Source of the DNA: Podarcis liolepis
Lineage: Eukaryota
Length of the DNA: 64,000 nucleotides
Reading direction: 5' to 3' (one strand)
NCBI GenBank assembly: GCA_965112155.1
Contig: OZ218102.1
Numbering within the stretch: the stretch's first letter is position 1; each line of letters opens with the position of its first letter. This document shows, piece by piece, positions 42,275 to 55,290 of the stretch. Made by a program: the position numbers and the translations under genes. Below the pieces are notes generated by a model, which was given only the letters and a program-made list of their open reading frames with translations, did not search any database and was not told where the DNA came from.

Positions 42275-44097
42275 TATAATAACTGGGGCTGGCAGCACTT
42301 CCCCATTTCAGAATGAAATGAAAAAACACGTCTTCCACTTCTTTCATGCTCTGTGGACTATGGTCTTGATCCCATTGTCTACTTCTCTGAACTCTAGAAC
42401 ACGGACAGCTAACATGGGCTTGATGCAGCGCCACGAGCAATGTTTTCTTCCCCACAAATTTGGTCAGACGTGGAAAAAAGGAAAAAAAGATAGTGGGCAA
42501 AGTGCTTGCTCACCCCGTGATGCAAATCACCCCCTCCCTGATAATCAGAGCAGTCATTAGAGGAGTCGGTAGGGAGTGAGCCATGCAGATCAGCTGAGGA
42601 AGGGGGCGTGCATGCATGACTTGTATGTGTGTGTATGTGGGCCACCTCACAGCCTGATAGCCACACCCACTGCCAACACCCACCCACCCACCCACAAGTG
42701 TGTGTGCATGTGCGTGTAGAATGGAGAAACTTGAGAGTAACTGGATATGTGTTGGCACCAGTGAGCTCACCCACCCGGCAAGTAGTCACAGTTCAGAATC
42801 GTCCAGTCAGGGAGCTTGACAATAACTTTATCATTTATTTCTCAAACAGGAATTCAATTGCTGTAGGAAACTCCAGGCTCCACCCAGATGTAACTAAGTC
42901 CAGTGCCTCCTAGTGACTACCCTGTAGAACAACATTATCCATGCAATTCCTAGCGCATTTGTGTAGCCGCAGAGAAATCCAAGAGGCTGCATAGCGCCGC
43001 ATGAACAAGCTGCTCCCTTTCACATTAATTTTAAGCCAGGGAAAAATAATGTGCAGCGTTAAAAAAAAAAAAGAGAGGCTTCTTCACCAGTCATCCTAGG
43101 TCACTATGACCTTAATAGCATAGCAGCTGTTTCATTTCTACATGGATAGCAGATGCTGAGCTGCAGTTCAAATGTACCCTGCTTGGGTCTTCTTCCAGCA
43201 TAAGGCGACACACATTTCACACGCATATGTCTTATTTCTGCTGAATATTTTGGTTCGTGTTCACAGTATGTTGTTTTTGTTTTTGCAAGCAATATGACCG
43301 TCTCCATTAATGTCTAAGGCCTCTGCTGTCTTGAAGCATGAGTTTAGATGCTGAACAAATTTCTCAGGACACAAAGTTCTCTTTGACTCCCCCTCCCTTT
43401 TCCTTACGGTTCATTCATAGGCTGCATTTACACAGTGGTTTATTCCATTTCCCTAACTGTTAATTTCTGCATTATAGTTGAGCTTTCACCTGACATAAAA
43501 GCACTTCTGGAAAACTACCGGAATACACTACTTGTTTCGTGTTCATTTCCAGGTTGTTTGAATCCAGAAAAAAATCCATTTGCAGACTCTTTAACCTGGA
43601 AAGTAGCAGAAGTAAAGTGACAAAAGTTGGGGTTGTATACTGGCATACAGATATTTTCCGCTGTTTTCATATTAAATTCAATATGAAGCATTGTTTTTTC
43701 TTCCTTTTCCATTAATTTTTTTGAGTGTCAGCCAGCTTTCAGATACATTTTATTTCCCTTAGTTCTGTTTTTAACTATTTGAAACAATTTATCCCAACAA
43801 GTCTTTCCTACTAATGATTTGTGGACTGTTTTAAGTATTGCAACTCCTGCAGGTACACCAAAATGACACTGACAAACATGTAATGTGTGCTGATGAGGGA
43901 AAATGTTGCTTGCACATATATATTTTACAAACAAACATAATTACCGTACATACGCTATCTACTGGCTCTTGATCAATGACTTTCCATTTTTACCAGAATT
44001 TGCCCATTTTGCAAATAGCTTTTCTGCATTTATTAGGGGGAAGAATTCAGAATTCAGATGCTATGAATTTGGCTGGAGTAGGGCCGTGTTCGCGGAT

Positions 44098-44453
44098 GGG
44101 ACGCGGGTGGTGCTGTGGGTTAAACCACAGAGCCTAGGACTTGCTGATCAGAAGGTCGGCAGTTCGAATCCCCATGACGGGGTGAGCTCCCGTTGCTCGG
44201 TCCCTGCTCCTGCCAACCTAGCAGTTCAAAAGCACATCAAAGTGCAAGTAGATAAATAGGTACTGCTCTGGCGTGAAGGTAAACGGGGTTTCTGTGCGCT
44301 GCTCTGGTTCGCCAGAAGCGGCTTAGTCATGCTGGCCACATGACCCGGAAGCTGTACGCCGGCTCCCTTGGCCAATAAAGTGAGATGAGCGCTGCAACCC
44401 CAGAGTCGGTCACGACTGGACCTAATGGTCAGGAGTCCCTTTAGCTTTACCTT
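44098..44453 (+). mobile_element. Full-length Sauria SINE
   Basis: GGGACGCGGGTGG head; 13-bp TSD TAGGGCCGTGTTC (44079-44091, 44454-44466). Confidence 0.93.
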
Positions 44454-44519
44454 TAGGGCCGTGTTCACCTATAAATAGCTGCTTGTTCTGCTTTTGTGTT
44501 GATTGAAAGAAGCAGCCTA

Positions 44520-44902
44520 CAGTGGTACCTTAGTAGTTGAACGGCTTAATTCAGGCATCCCCAAACTCGGCCCTCCAGATGTTTTGGGACTACAACTCCC
44601 ATCATCCCTAGCTAACAGGACCAGTGGTCAGGGATGATGGGAATTGTAGCCCCAAAACTTCTGAAGGGCCGAGTTTGGGGATGCTTGGCTTAGATGAACA
44701 AATCGGCTCCTGAACGTGGCAAACCTGGAAGTGAGTGTTCTGGTTTGTGAACGTTTTTTGGAAGCCAAACATCCGATGCGGCATTCACTTGCGTGCAGGA
44801 AGCTCCTGCATCCAATCGGAAGCCGCGCCTTGGTTTTTGAACTGTTCCAGGAGTTGAACGGACTCCCAGAACAGATTAAATTTGAGAACCAAGGTACCAC
44901 TG
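44520..44902. mobile_element. Tc1/mariner-type MITE containing a nested hAT MITE (44552-44687)
   Basis: Outer TA-CAGTGGTACC...GGTACCACTG-TA; inner CAGGCATCCCCAAACT/AGTTTGGGGATGCTTG with a degenerate 8-bp TSD. Confidence 0.85.
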
Positions 44903-46488
44903 TATTATCATTTATTGTCAGTGTCAAATGGGAGAACAAAGTCCTGCAGAATGAATGAATCTGAACAAATTGATTTGCCCCAAGTGTGCCAAGTTCAGAT
45001 CTTTCAAGTGTCTCTGGCATATTACCTCTGGTATATATCTCTAAGTTACAATAATCTGCCACGAGGTATCCCAAACGGCATTCAACAAGTTGTTGAAGGA
45101 TGCTGGAGAATCTGTCTCATATGAGGATCAGTCTGAATCAAAATCCATCTGCCATTCTTTTTTGTCAGCTATCACCTGCCCTCAGATTCTCTGCCAATTT
45201 AAGACCTGTGCTGTTTTCTGCCAGTTGTTGCAATCTGTCAAACTATTAGTCTGACCAAAAATATTTTCGGTACAACAGTTGTTGTATAGTTTATTAAAGA
45301 GATGGATTGGTGGCCTCGTTCCATTTTCTGGAGTAGAGAGGTGCTCTAATATGCTTGAAAACAAAACAAAACAAAACCCTCAATGCTATTTGACTCCTCT
45401 TACAGATTGCAAGTTTGACTCAGGTGTAGACTACATGAAAAACCAATTGCATCAACACCAATTGCATCCTGTTGCTGTTTTTATTTTGATTATGTACATT
45501 GTGGTTTTATATTCTGATTTTATCCTGTGAACTGCCCTGAGACCTGCAGGTATTGGGCAATATATAAATTCAATAAATAAAATAAATAATAGATGTACTA
45601 CACGAATAGAGGACAAAACTGGGTTTTCCTGGTGTGCTGAACCTTGTTTATGGAACGCAGGCTCCAAACTGATTTATTTGCCAGGTCATATACATGTCCC
45701 TGGCAGGGCTCCAACTCCAGGACTCTGCAAGATTTCTCCTAGTCTCTGGGATGAGAGGGAGAAAAGAGCCTGGAGGACAGTGGTACACATTTAATTCACT
45801 GTTCAATGCAAGCCATTTGGGTTTAGTTAGAAGTGAGCAGACTTCCTGACTTCAGAGCATTTGACTTCCCTGCTGGTTAATTTCCTGATTTAAGCAAGAA
45901 ATAGTTTTCTTTGCTTTATTTGCACAGTGTCAGGTCATGAGAAAACTCCACCAAATCATTCTTTGCTAATGGAAGCGCTATGTTAAAATAATGGGAGCTC
46001 TTGCTCTCGCTCGGCTTGCTTCGTTGCTAGCAATGAGAGCCATGCTGCAAAGTTCAGAAAAGGGCAACCCAAATGACAGAGCTTTTGTAGTTTAGCAAAA
46101 AAAGTAAGAGGTGGCATGAGAGAAGTCTGAAATTATGCATGGCATGGAGAAAGGTCCCTCCCCCGGGAGGGGAGAGTGCCTTTGTGCTTGGGTCCTGCTT
46201 GTGAGTTTTCCACAGGCATCTTCTTGAGAAGATGGTGCTGCACTAGATGGGTCCTTGGCCTGATCCAAAGGCTCTTGTTGAGTTCTTAAAGAGCCCCAAC
46301 CTCTTCCACTTTCTGTTCATTTCAGATTGCTCCCCCCACCCCACAATTAGAAATTAGAAACTATTATTTTCAGAATCTTTCAGAACTAGCAAAACTGGAG
46401 AACGTGGAAGATGCTCATAGCCAAAATATTACCATTTGAATTCACTTCCTAGATGAGATGTAGCATTGTGTTCAGTGAAATTAAAATA

Positions 46489-46696
46489 CAGTGGTACCTC
46501 AGGTTAAGCACTTAATTCGTTCCAGAGGTCCGTACTTAACCTGAAACTGTTTTTAACCTGAAGCACCACTTTTGCTAATGGGGCCTCCTGCTGCTGCCGC
46601 GCCGCCTCATCCTGAAGCAAAGTTCTTAACCTGAAGCAATATTTCTGGGTTAGCAGAGTCTGTAACCTGAAGCATATGTAACCTGAGGTACCACTG
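46489..46696. mobile_element. CAGTGGTACCT-family MITE
   Basis: TA TSD and TIRs. Confidence 0.9.
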
Positions 46697-47909
46697 TATT
46701 GTACTTAATTTGCTTCCAAAACTGGGGGTTATAAGCATCTACTTCAGAGTTAATTCCCCAAAGCGTTCTGACTTGAAAAATTCTCAATCCCTTTGTGCCA
46801 GATTTATGTCTGAATATTCAGATACGACAATGCTAAAATGTAATTACGTAACTGTTCTCCCTTGCTTAGTGTATTGGTGTAAACAGGGGGAAAGTAATGT
46901 TTGAAGTTTCCCTAATGGGGGCATCTGCTGGGAAAGGGAGAAATAACCCCAAATTGAGCAAATGTCTACTCAACTTTTGGGTGATTTCATCTTTCTCCAG
47001 CAGCCCCTTGTTTGCCCCCCACATTAAATTTTTTTATTTAAACCAATTGAGGTCTCCTTATAGGACACAGTCCTCTTTTGGAGGCCTAAAAACAAGCAAT
47101 GGACACCACCGTTCATATAATACAATTTAATACAATATACAGAATTTTCAAACCACAAAATGTCAATAAGCCAGCAAGCTTCCCTGTAACTTGAGTTAAT
47201 CAACATTTAAAAATATTACTCATAAAAATGGCAAAAAATCAGCAATCTAAGCAATACTCCAAAAACAAAGGACAACAATCTTAATACAATCCTCTTTACC
47301 AAAAGCCAACTGGAATAGATGGGTCCTCAAAGCACATTATTCAAGAGATGCCCCTGATTCTCCATGGAGACTTTTTTGGGGGACACAGATGTCTGCAGTA
47401 GGGAGGCTGCAACAGGAAGCTCTCCTCCTGTGAAATTTCTTATGTTATCTCAGGATCCAAATAATTTCCCATATTTATCTTCATGCCTCTCTTTCCGTAA
47501 ATACCCAGTGCTAGAAAGTGGGGGAAATCCTAACGTCTACTCCCTTGTCCTCCTCCTGCCCTTCCTTTCACACTGATAATAAACAGATTGCTTCAGGGAA
47601 GGATAGTCACGGTTTGTATACACGCCACTCAGCTACATGCAGAGTGTTGTGGAGCCAGTGGGAATTGAATGGGAATCAGCATCTCATGCATCAAGAAAAG
47701 GGTTGATGTCATTAATCCTCTCTGACTCAGATAGAATCTGGCAGATACGCACAAGGACTATGCTCTTTTCCAAAGGGTTAATGCAGCATTTTTTTTTCTT
47801 CACAGAAGGCTGCAGGATTTAGCTGTTCAGCTCCCTGGGGAGAATAGTTGCTTTCAAGCAGGTTGTGTGGCGGCAGATGTATACCATCCTATTTCCTGTT
47901 CCCCTAGAC

Positions 47910-48047
47910 CAGCAGTTCTCAACCTGTGGGTCCCCAGATGTTGTTGGACTACAACTCCCATAATCCCTGAGCTCTGGCCTTGCTAGCTAGGGATGATGGG
48001 AGTTGTAGTCCAACAACACCTGTGGACCCACAGGTTGAGAACCGCTG
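47910..48047. mobile_element. Palindromic hAT MITE
   Basis: CAGCAGTTCTCAACC / GGTTGAGAACCGCTG; perfect TSD CCCTAGAC. Confidence 0.92.
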
Positions 48048-48614
48048 CCCTAGACAGACATTGGAATGCATAGATTTATGAGGCAGGGGGAGGGGAGGGC
48101 TGGCAGAAGGTTCAGCGGGTGCACCTTCCTTGTGGCAAGGGGTTGGTCTTGATCATCTTTCGGTTCTTTCCAGCACTATAATTCTAGGCTGCTAAGTTGC
48201 TCTGAAATACTTGCTGCTATTTCTCATATTCCCGTAGTAGAGGAAAGATGGAGAACTCCTGACTCACCCATATGACGTGTTGGGTTGTTATACACATGCA
48301 TCACAGGTGGAATTGAGACTCAGGAGGAGGCTTCCAGATAAGCAGGTCCCTTTGGCCACACAATGGAACTTAGCATCTCCTCACCTTTTGAGTCCACCCC
48401 CAGGCTCCCTAAGTATCTTCTCCAACCCTCAGGAGCAAATTTAGAGGAGAAGGAGGGGAAGTTGTGTAAATGTAAGAGCCATGCTCATCATTTCTCATTC
48501 TTTCATTTCATTTCATCCATTCCATTCCACTCCATTCCATTTGTATCGCGTACTTTCTCTAAGCATTCAGAGCAGTGTTTTAGCCTCATAGCAACCTGGT
48601 GAAGTAGGCTGCTA

Positions 48615-48696
48615 CAGTGGAACCTTGGTTATCGAACGCTTTGGAAGTCAAACGGTCTTCCGGAATAGATTACATTTGACTACCGAGCTTCCACTG
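48615..48696. mobile_element. 82-bp mini Tc1/mariner-type MITE
   Basis: TA-CAGTGGAA ... TTCCACTG-TA. Confidence 0.7.
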
Positions 48697-50952
48697 TACT
48701 AGGGTCTTGCTTTACATAGGACAGCTTTCTCTCTGAAGGGCTGTCTATCTGAAGGAGTCTTCTCTTTGAAGGGCTGCCTAGTCCAAGTCCTGTTTGTAGG
48801 CAATGAACCCTAAGAAGGGGCAGTGGAAGGGGCCCAGAGTTGCTCCTCCACAGTTAGCTCCTGGACAGCAAGCCGAGCCAACATAGTGAGAATTTTTATA
48901 CTTCTATTTGAATTATCTTAATTACTTCTAAATGTGCCTCTATCCATTCAAATCAGCAGATACAAATTCAGTGCAAAACTGCACCCCCCCCACCCAGGAG
49001 ATGCATTTTGTTATGTGTGAGTGGCACTCTAGTCAGAGAAATGAATTGTCTGAAGCCACTCGGTCATGTTCTTGACTGAGCAGGGATTCGAACAAAGGTT
49101 TCGGATCCAAGAATTTTCAGCCTCCCAACCCAGCAAGCTACCTATTGAAGCATAAGTTGGAGCAATATTTTGTTTTTGTATGGGACATTACTGACAAAGC
49201 ACAGATGGGATTGTTGTTTTGTTTTCTGTATGCCCTATCATATCAGGAATTATATGAATTGGAGGAGAGGCGACAGGAGGGAGAAATGAAATATTCCCAG
49301 CAGGTCTATAGCCACATGGATTAATACCAAAGAGTTCTCAGCATAGAAAATTACATGTGTTTTTCTTTCTTCTGGGTGTCTAGAAAAGCTATTGTAGCAA
49401 TTCCTTTGCCACCAGGGAGAAAGGCTTCTGTGTTTTTAGCTGCTTTCCAATTGCTATTTATTCAGAGATTAGCAGGGGAGTGGGACTGAATTTGGACCCA
49501 ACAATCTCCACAAAGTTGGAAAAAGCAAACTTTGGGTACTCATACTTAGTTTACAGATGATTATGCAAGTCTGTGGGGGATGTGAAATGCCAGATATGAT
49601 ATACTTAGGTCAACATTAGAAATAATATTACGAGATAAGGGACGGGTGGGTGACACACACACATACAGACTTGGCAAAGCAATGCTGCAGACGGATGATG
49701 TTGTATCAAATCCCCATGGATATTAATCCTACATCAACAACTCCTGGGCCATTGTATGGGAACGTGTGATGAGGGGAAAAGATCGTCATCTTAGACAACA
49801 AAGCCATGTTGATTTCAAATGATGGGAAGCCCATTATTCTAGTCTTTATGTCTCTGCATTAAAAAATAAATAAATTTGAAGATTGAAAGTTTTTGATTCT
49901 ATAATTACATGCTTGTTTAACCTTTAAAGAGCCAAGACTCAACTGGGAAATATCCAGGCTCTATCATCAAGGAGTCTTCAAAATCCAGTGAGAATTTGAA
50001 ATGCCCTTTCACATACACATCCCTGAAAGTTACGCAGTGGGGATGACATTTATGTTATACACAGAGAGCATGGCTGATTCAGGTCTATTTTCTCATCTTG
50101 GCCCTAGATCACTCTATTTGCTTCTGGGATAGATTACGTGATGTGTAATTTCAGTAAATAAAAAGGAAGATAGCAGGATGGCAGAGAATGGGTGGTTGCA
50201 CTTGCTTGGTGAAAACATAATGGAACATAAACAGCTGCCAAATTACCATCCAGATTTCACTTACTAAAATCTTTAATAGCTGCTTTTCTAACTAACTAAT
50301 TCTTCCACAGCAACTGACAATAAAAATGATACAACACCTAAAACAAGCCAAGTGAAAAGTAGGACAGAAAAGTATGCCATAACCCAAATACTTATGTTAA
50401 AGAAAGAAAGAAATGTTTTCACTTGCAACTATCTGGGTGGACTTTGCAGCTGTTTCCACACTAGCTGTGTGGTCTGGAATTGTCATATTTTGTTCAGTCA
50501 CTTCTTACAGAGAATCCTGACAACATGTTTGCTAGCCTATTACATGGCAACCTTTCTCTAGTCTTCTTCTCTCCGCCCCCCCCCAAACATGATTTGTGGC
50601 AGGAATGCAGTGCAATTGTATCAGCAGCCTATTCACAGTGTTAGAGCACTGAGATTTTTCAGGACTTCTGTGCCTTTCATTAAAAGCTTCTGCCTCATGT
50701 CTCTGCCCTTTTTATTACTTCCTGTTGAGGGCAGAAGCAGTTTAATGGAAGAAAAGCGTCTTAAATATCCTTTGAAGGGTCACTTCCATTACCTTTAATG
50801 GCAGTTGCTGTGATGGTGGTGGGGTCTGAGGAGGATACAATGTGGTTGGTGCTACATTTAACGGGGGAAGATTCTAGTGCATAGTACAAAGTTGCATTGC
50901 TGATGCCTTAATTGTCCTTAAAAAAAAGACCAGTGATGAATGAATGAAAATG

Positions 50953-50953
<1 letters not shown>

Positions 50954-50980
<27 letters not shown>
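50954..50980. repeat. (CA)n microsatellite
   Basis: Tandem CA units. Confidence 0.9.
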
Positions 50981-50983
<3 letters not shown>

Positions 50984-51109
50984 AGACACACAGTTTCTTC
51001 CTGGGCAAAGTGGATGAAAACCACATTGCTGGAAGCAATCAGAAACAGCTCCCCAAAAGCAGTAATATAGGATACTTGACATTCTGCCCACATGCTTCTC
51101 ATGGATGCC

Positions 51110-51728
51110 TGCCATAGACTGACTGGATGCAGAGCAGTGGTGGGAGGCACCAACTGGGGAACCCCCCAAGAGAAGAAGGCTCAGAGCTAGGAGATTGGTA
51201 GTGGGATGATGAGTGGTCAGAGGGAGAAGAGTGAGAAAACTGGGAGGAGGAGGAGTGCTGGAAGCTGAAGAGGTAACAAGGTTTAGTGAGCAGGAAGAGA
51301 CTGGGACAGAGAGCAGTCCAGAACCATAGGCAGAAGAGGAGGCTGGAGAGGAGAGGGAGGCCAAGAGGCAGAGATGAGTCCAGCTGGTGAGGAAGCCAGG
51401 CTGCCTCCCAGTCTTGGTGCGACCAGCTTTCCTGCCCCCTTGTCTTCCAGAACCCAAAGGGGTATGAAGAAGGAGGAGCAAAGACAGGCAAGACGATGGA
51501 GCCTCAGATTGCTTTGGAAGGAACTGGGGGAGAAGGAGACTTAGGGAGCTGTGGGAAAGTGGGGATCTTCAGTCCTCACAGCTACCTCATAGGGGCAAGA
51601 TCTACTGGGAAGAATTGCTGTGCTCTCTAGACCTGGCCTTCTGAGTTGTCTTGTTTCTTTCAACAGAGTCAACTTCACTGAAGCCATATGAGTTATAGCT
51701 GACTTGCTCCTGGCACTTGCTCCTGACA
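51110..51728. mobile_element. Solo LTR (619 bp)
   Basis: TGCCA...TGACA termini; 5-bp TSD ATGCC (51105-51109, 51729-51733); purine-rich interior. Confidence 0.75.
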
Positions 51729-52218
51729 ATGCCTTATTTTATCAGTTAAAGCCATTGCTATTAACCATCACCACAGCTGGCAAAGAAAAGACTGCAGTTT
51801 GAACGATTTACTACTTGCAGCAGCTATATTGTACTAATGCACCCAATTGAAGGATAGCGTCAGATGGATTGCTTAGGAAGCAATTGCAACATGAACCAAT
51901 GTGTCTCAGAACTCCAGCCAGACACTGTGAATGTTTGTATCTGGGAAGTACTATTCTAGCACATCCTGGAACTTTCCATTAGTGATGGGGCAAACACTGG
52001 AAGCAGAAGGATTTCACTAACTGAGCACACTTGAATATCTGTGAGCAGTGAGACAGTCCACCCTAAGTCAGTTAAGTCAAATTTCAAACTATTGTAAGGT
52101 TACCGTGCCTGCTGTAGCTGTAGAGACTAATACAGGAGTGACGTGTTTTTCTTGCAGTTGTGGCAGGTGAAGGTATCCAGCTGTGCTGCTGCAGATGTGA
52201 TCCTCCCAATGGTCATTC

Positions 52219-52663
52219 TGTTAGAATTCCTGCTCCATGATTGCAGTCATGGGATTGTTGTCTATCACATGACGGTGTATATTTTGACTCCACAGAATGG
52301 GAAGTGACGGAGACAGAATGTTTGTCTTACTGTGTTCTGTGAAGTGGGACTATTGTCCTTTGTTCTTTTCCTCTTTGCTGTCTGATGCTAGAGAGAGAGG
52401 GAGCCATGTTGCAGTGCTCCGTGTGTGTTTATATGTAAGTAAAGTAGATTAGCCAAAATGCTGAGTTGCTGAGGTCTGTTACGCAACTGGTAGACTCTGT
52501 GGATCCCTAAGTGTGCCGGTGTCTGTTGGCATCGGTCGCTGTGATGTTCGGGCAGAAGAAAGCTTTTGAAGCTCCCGAATGAAAGACCAGGAGGGAGAGA
52601 ACATGCCAGTCGGGCATGTGTCTCTGCCAGGGTCCTACTCGAGAGTAGGCTGAGCTCCTGACA
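52219..52663 (+). mobile_element. Solo LTR (445 bp)
   Basis: TGTTAG...CTGACA termini; 5-bp TSD CATTC (52214-52218, 52664-52668); AGTAAA polyA-like signal at about 52438. Confidence 0.8.
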
Positions 52664-53736
52664 CATTCATCATCTGGTCACTGCTCTGGATGCACAACCT
52701 ATCTGTCTCCAGGCACTGTGGTCGTCTGCAAGGCATTCCCACATAGTGGAGTTGATGTTGCCAGCCTTCATATCTTGTTTGCCTATGCAATGCACAGTCC
52801 GTCTGCCAACAGGCTTGGTGCCTGAAACCAGCTCCCTGTAGATCACATCCCTGGGGATCCTGCCACCTTCCAGAAGGACTTAGGCTTTCAACTATCATTT
52901 ATCACATTAGAAAACAAGAGTCTGCATCTTGCTGAAAAGAGTAAAATGGGTTTGACCTATTTGCAGAAGGAAGCGGCACGATTTGATTAGAGTTCAGAGT
53001 GCACTGCTGCCAGGCTTTAAACCACAATGCCATATAACTAGTTCCCCAGAGCAATTTCAAAGTCAGTCGGCAACAGGACATATGGATGTTGGGGAAATTG
53101 GATTCCATTAGCAAGCTTACCTAATTCACACTTCTGAAACAATATATGAGCTGAATCTGTGTACAAAAATGCACATACTAGAGGAAAGTGTGCATATAAA
53201 TACATATAATAGTGGATATACAGTAGCATACAAAAATTCATTATATTAGGCAAAATTGCTTTGCAAAAAAACAAGGAAAAATAGCACTAAAATGCTGGTG
53301 GATTTTCATGAATACTTTTTCTTTCAGTTACAAACTGATGTGGAAATGTGGAGAATTGAAATTAAGATAGGGAATTGAGAAACCTATATATACACCCCTA
53401 TATTTGACATATTCCTCCATCCCTACTTGAAGATGGCCATGAAAGGGATTTTCTACTGATTGCTCTTTCTCTTAACTGTATTGCCCTGTAAAGCTTCTTC
53501 CTCCATTGGCACAAAGCGACCATCGGTACAAATCACAGTTTCCACCACTGGAGTGTGAGTGCCTGAGTTGTGTTTGTGTCCACACTCTCTGGCACTGAGC
53601 TTTGTTTAGGAAAAGTTACTCAGCATCCCCAGCCTTTTTCATTTTCACAGAGGTGTCAGGAATCCAACCAGTTAAACCGCAAGCCTTTGAGTTCATGCAC
53701 TGACTCCAGCATGCAGCTATTGTAAACTCTTGGGAA

Positions 53737-53770
53737 TCACGTGATGAAACTTCTCTTCAGAGGCTATTAA
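53737..53770 (+). promoter_or_regulatory. Candidate KCNE4 core promoter (TCACGTGA E-box, TATTAA)
   Basis: Palindromic E-box at 53737-53744 and TATA-like TATTAA at 53765-53770, about 100 bp upstream of a strong splice donor. Confidence 0.4.
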
Positions 53771-53789
53771 TTCTGGCAGCGGACAGAGA

Positions 53790-53870
53790 AAGTTTCCAGA
53801 ACTCAGGAAACCGCTTCGTGAACAGTCTTCTTGGGAGCTTTGGGAAGCACAAAATTATTTGCAGACTCAC
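53790..53870 (+). other. KCNE4: Probable KCNE4 non-coding exon 1 (5' end uncertain)
   Basis: Consensus donor CAC|GTAAGT at 53870/53871, 1.4 kb above the acceptor at 55264; KCNE4 is known as a two-exon gene. Confidence 0.55.
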
Positions 53871-54643
53871 GTAAGTTGTTCAAGTCTCTTTTTCTTTGTT
53901 TCACTGCACTAGATATAATAGTGTTTTCTTATTATTACCTTGTGTAGAACAACACTGATAAGCTATGTATTCAGATTCTCAGAGCTTTGATGCATTAAGC
54001 TTGTCTGGATAGTAAGCCTTCCCCCAAAACTTTTTTTGCCTTCCAAGTTTATATATTTCTTGTATTTTAGAATGGCTTTTTCACCCTTTGTTCACATACT
54101 CTCGTTGTGGTGCTGTCTGCTGGATTATCTTCAGACAAAACCAAAATATTGCTCCGGTAGAAGCCCAAGTCTATGAAGCTCTATATATTTTTTTCAAAAG
54201 GAAAGGAAAACTGCCATATGATTATTATTATAAGAAATAGCATTTTGTACACTTTTTCTTAGTAAGACATGCAACAGCCCAGGGCAAGCATTATCCTCAT
54301 CTTGCAGAACTGAGAGTGGATGACTGATGCTGAGGAAACTCAATGGCTATGGTGACATTTGAACCAGAATCTTCTCAGCTCACACTCCCAGGCTGCGTAA
54401 ACACTATACCTTTAGAACACATTTGAAACACATGTTTCCCTCAGAGTATTCTGGGCACTGTAGTTCACCTCTCACAGAGTTCCTATTCCCAACAACCTTC
54501 AATCAACTGCAGTGGTCAGAATTCCTTGAGAGGAGAACTGTGCTTTAAAGGTACCATGTCTATGCAGCCACCAAACATGACACCAGCTCTCATAGAATTA
54601 GGGGACGGCAAGAGATGCACACTGCATAAAGGATAGACTACAC

Positions 54644-54800
54644 CTCAGGGGCACAACACTATGCTATTCATGCAGAAGATCCCAGGTTCAATCCCTGGGA
54701 TCTCCAATTATCAAGGAGCAGGCAGCAGGCACTGTGAGAGGCCAGAAAGCTGCTGCCGGACGGGGTGGATGTCATGGAGCTAGATGGAAACCTGGTGTAA
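54644..54800 (+). mobile_element. Degenerate tRNA-derived squamate SINE (Squam3-like)
   Basis: CATGCAGAAGATCCCAGGTTCAATCCC B-box region ... GAGCTAGATGGA. Confidence 0.55.
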
Positions 54801-55290
54801 AGTCATTGAGATGGACCTCCTCTAACCTTCCTTAAAATATTCCTAACTGATAAAACTGTTCTACTGTATTATTTCCAGCATAATAATATGATGGCCCTCT
54901 AGATATTGTTGAATTGCAACTCCTACCAGCCCCAACCACTATAGACAAAGGCTGGTATGATGGGAATTGTAATCCAGCAATATTTGGAGGGCCACCCTGT
55001 CTCCATCCCTGGTCCTGAATATTAGCTCCCACATCTGTAATAAAGGAATAAGAATGCTTGGCATCTTTCCTGGGCAGTTGCAAAGTATATAAAATACTGA
55101 TTATGATGATGGTGGTCGTTTGGCATTGTTCCTTTTCTTTTGAAAATAGATAGACCAAGGATTTCCCATTTGCAGCTATTTAGCTTTCTAAAAATGTTTG
55201 TATTTATTTTGTTTTCTGGGTTTTGATTTTTGGGTTTGATGTCCCGACCTATTTCCTCTTGCAGGTTCCTGGTTCCCCCACAGTGCTTTG

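Noticed and set aside
35536-43910. Other CTGANGA motifs (about 35536, 39624, 43890) as hammerheads
   Set aside because: No stem II followed by GAAA, and no stem I pairing.
50918-51491. Ser/Leu-rich minus-strand ORFs
   Set aside because: Low-complexity antisense reading of the purine-rich solo LTR plus the CA repeat.
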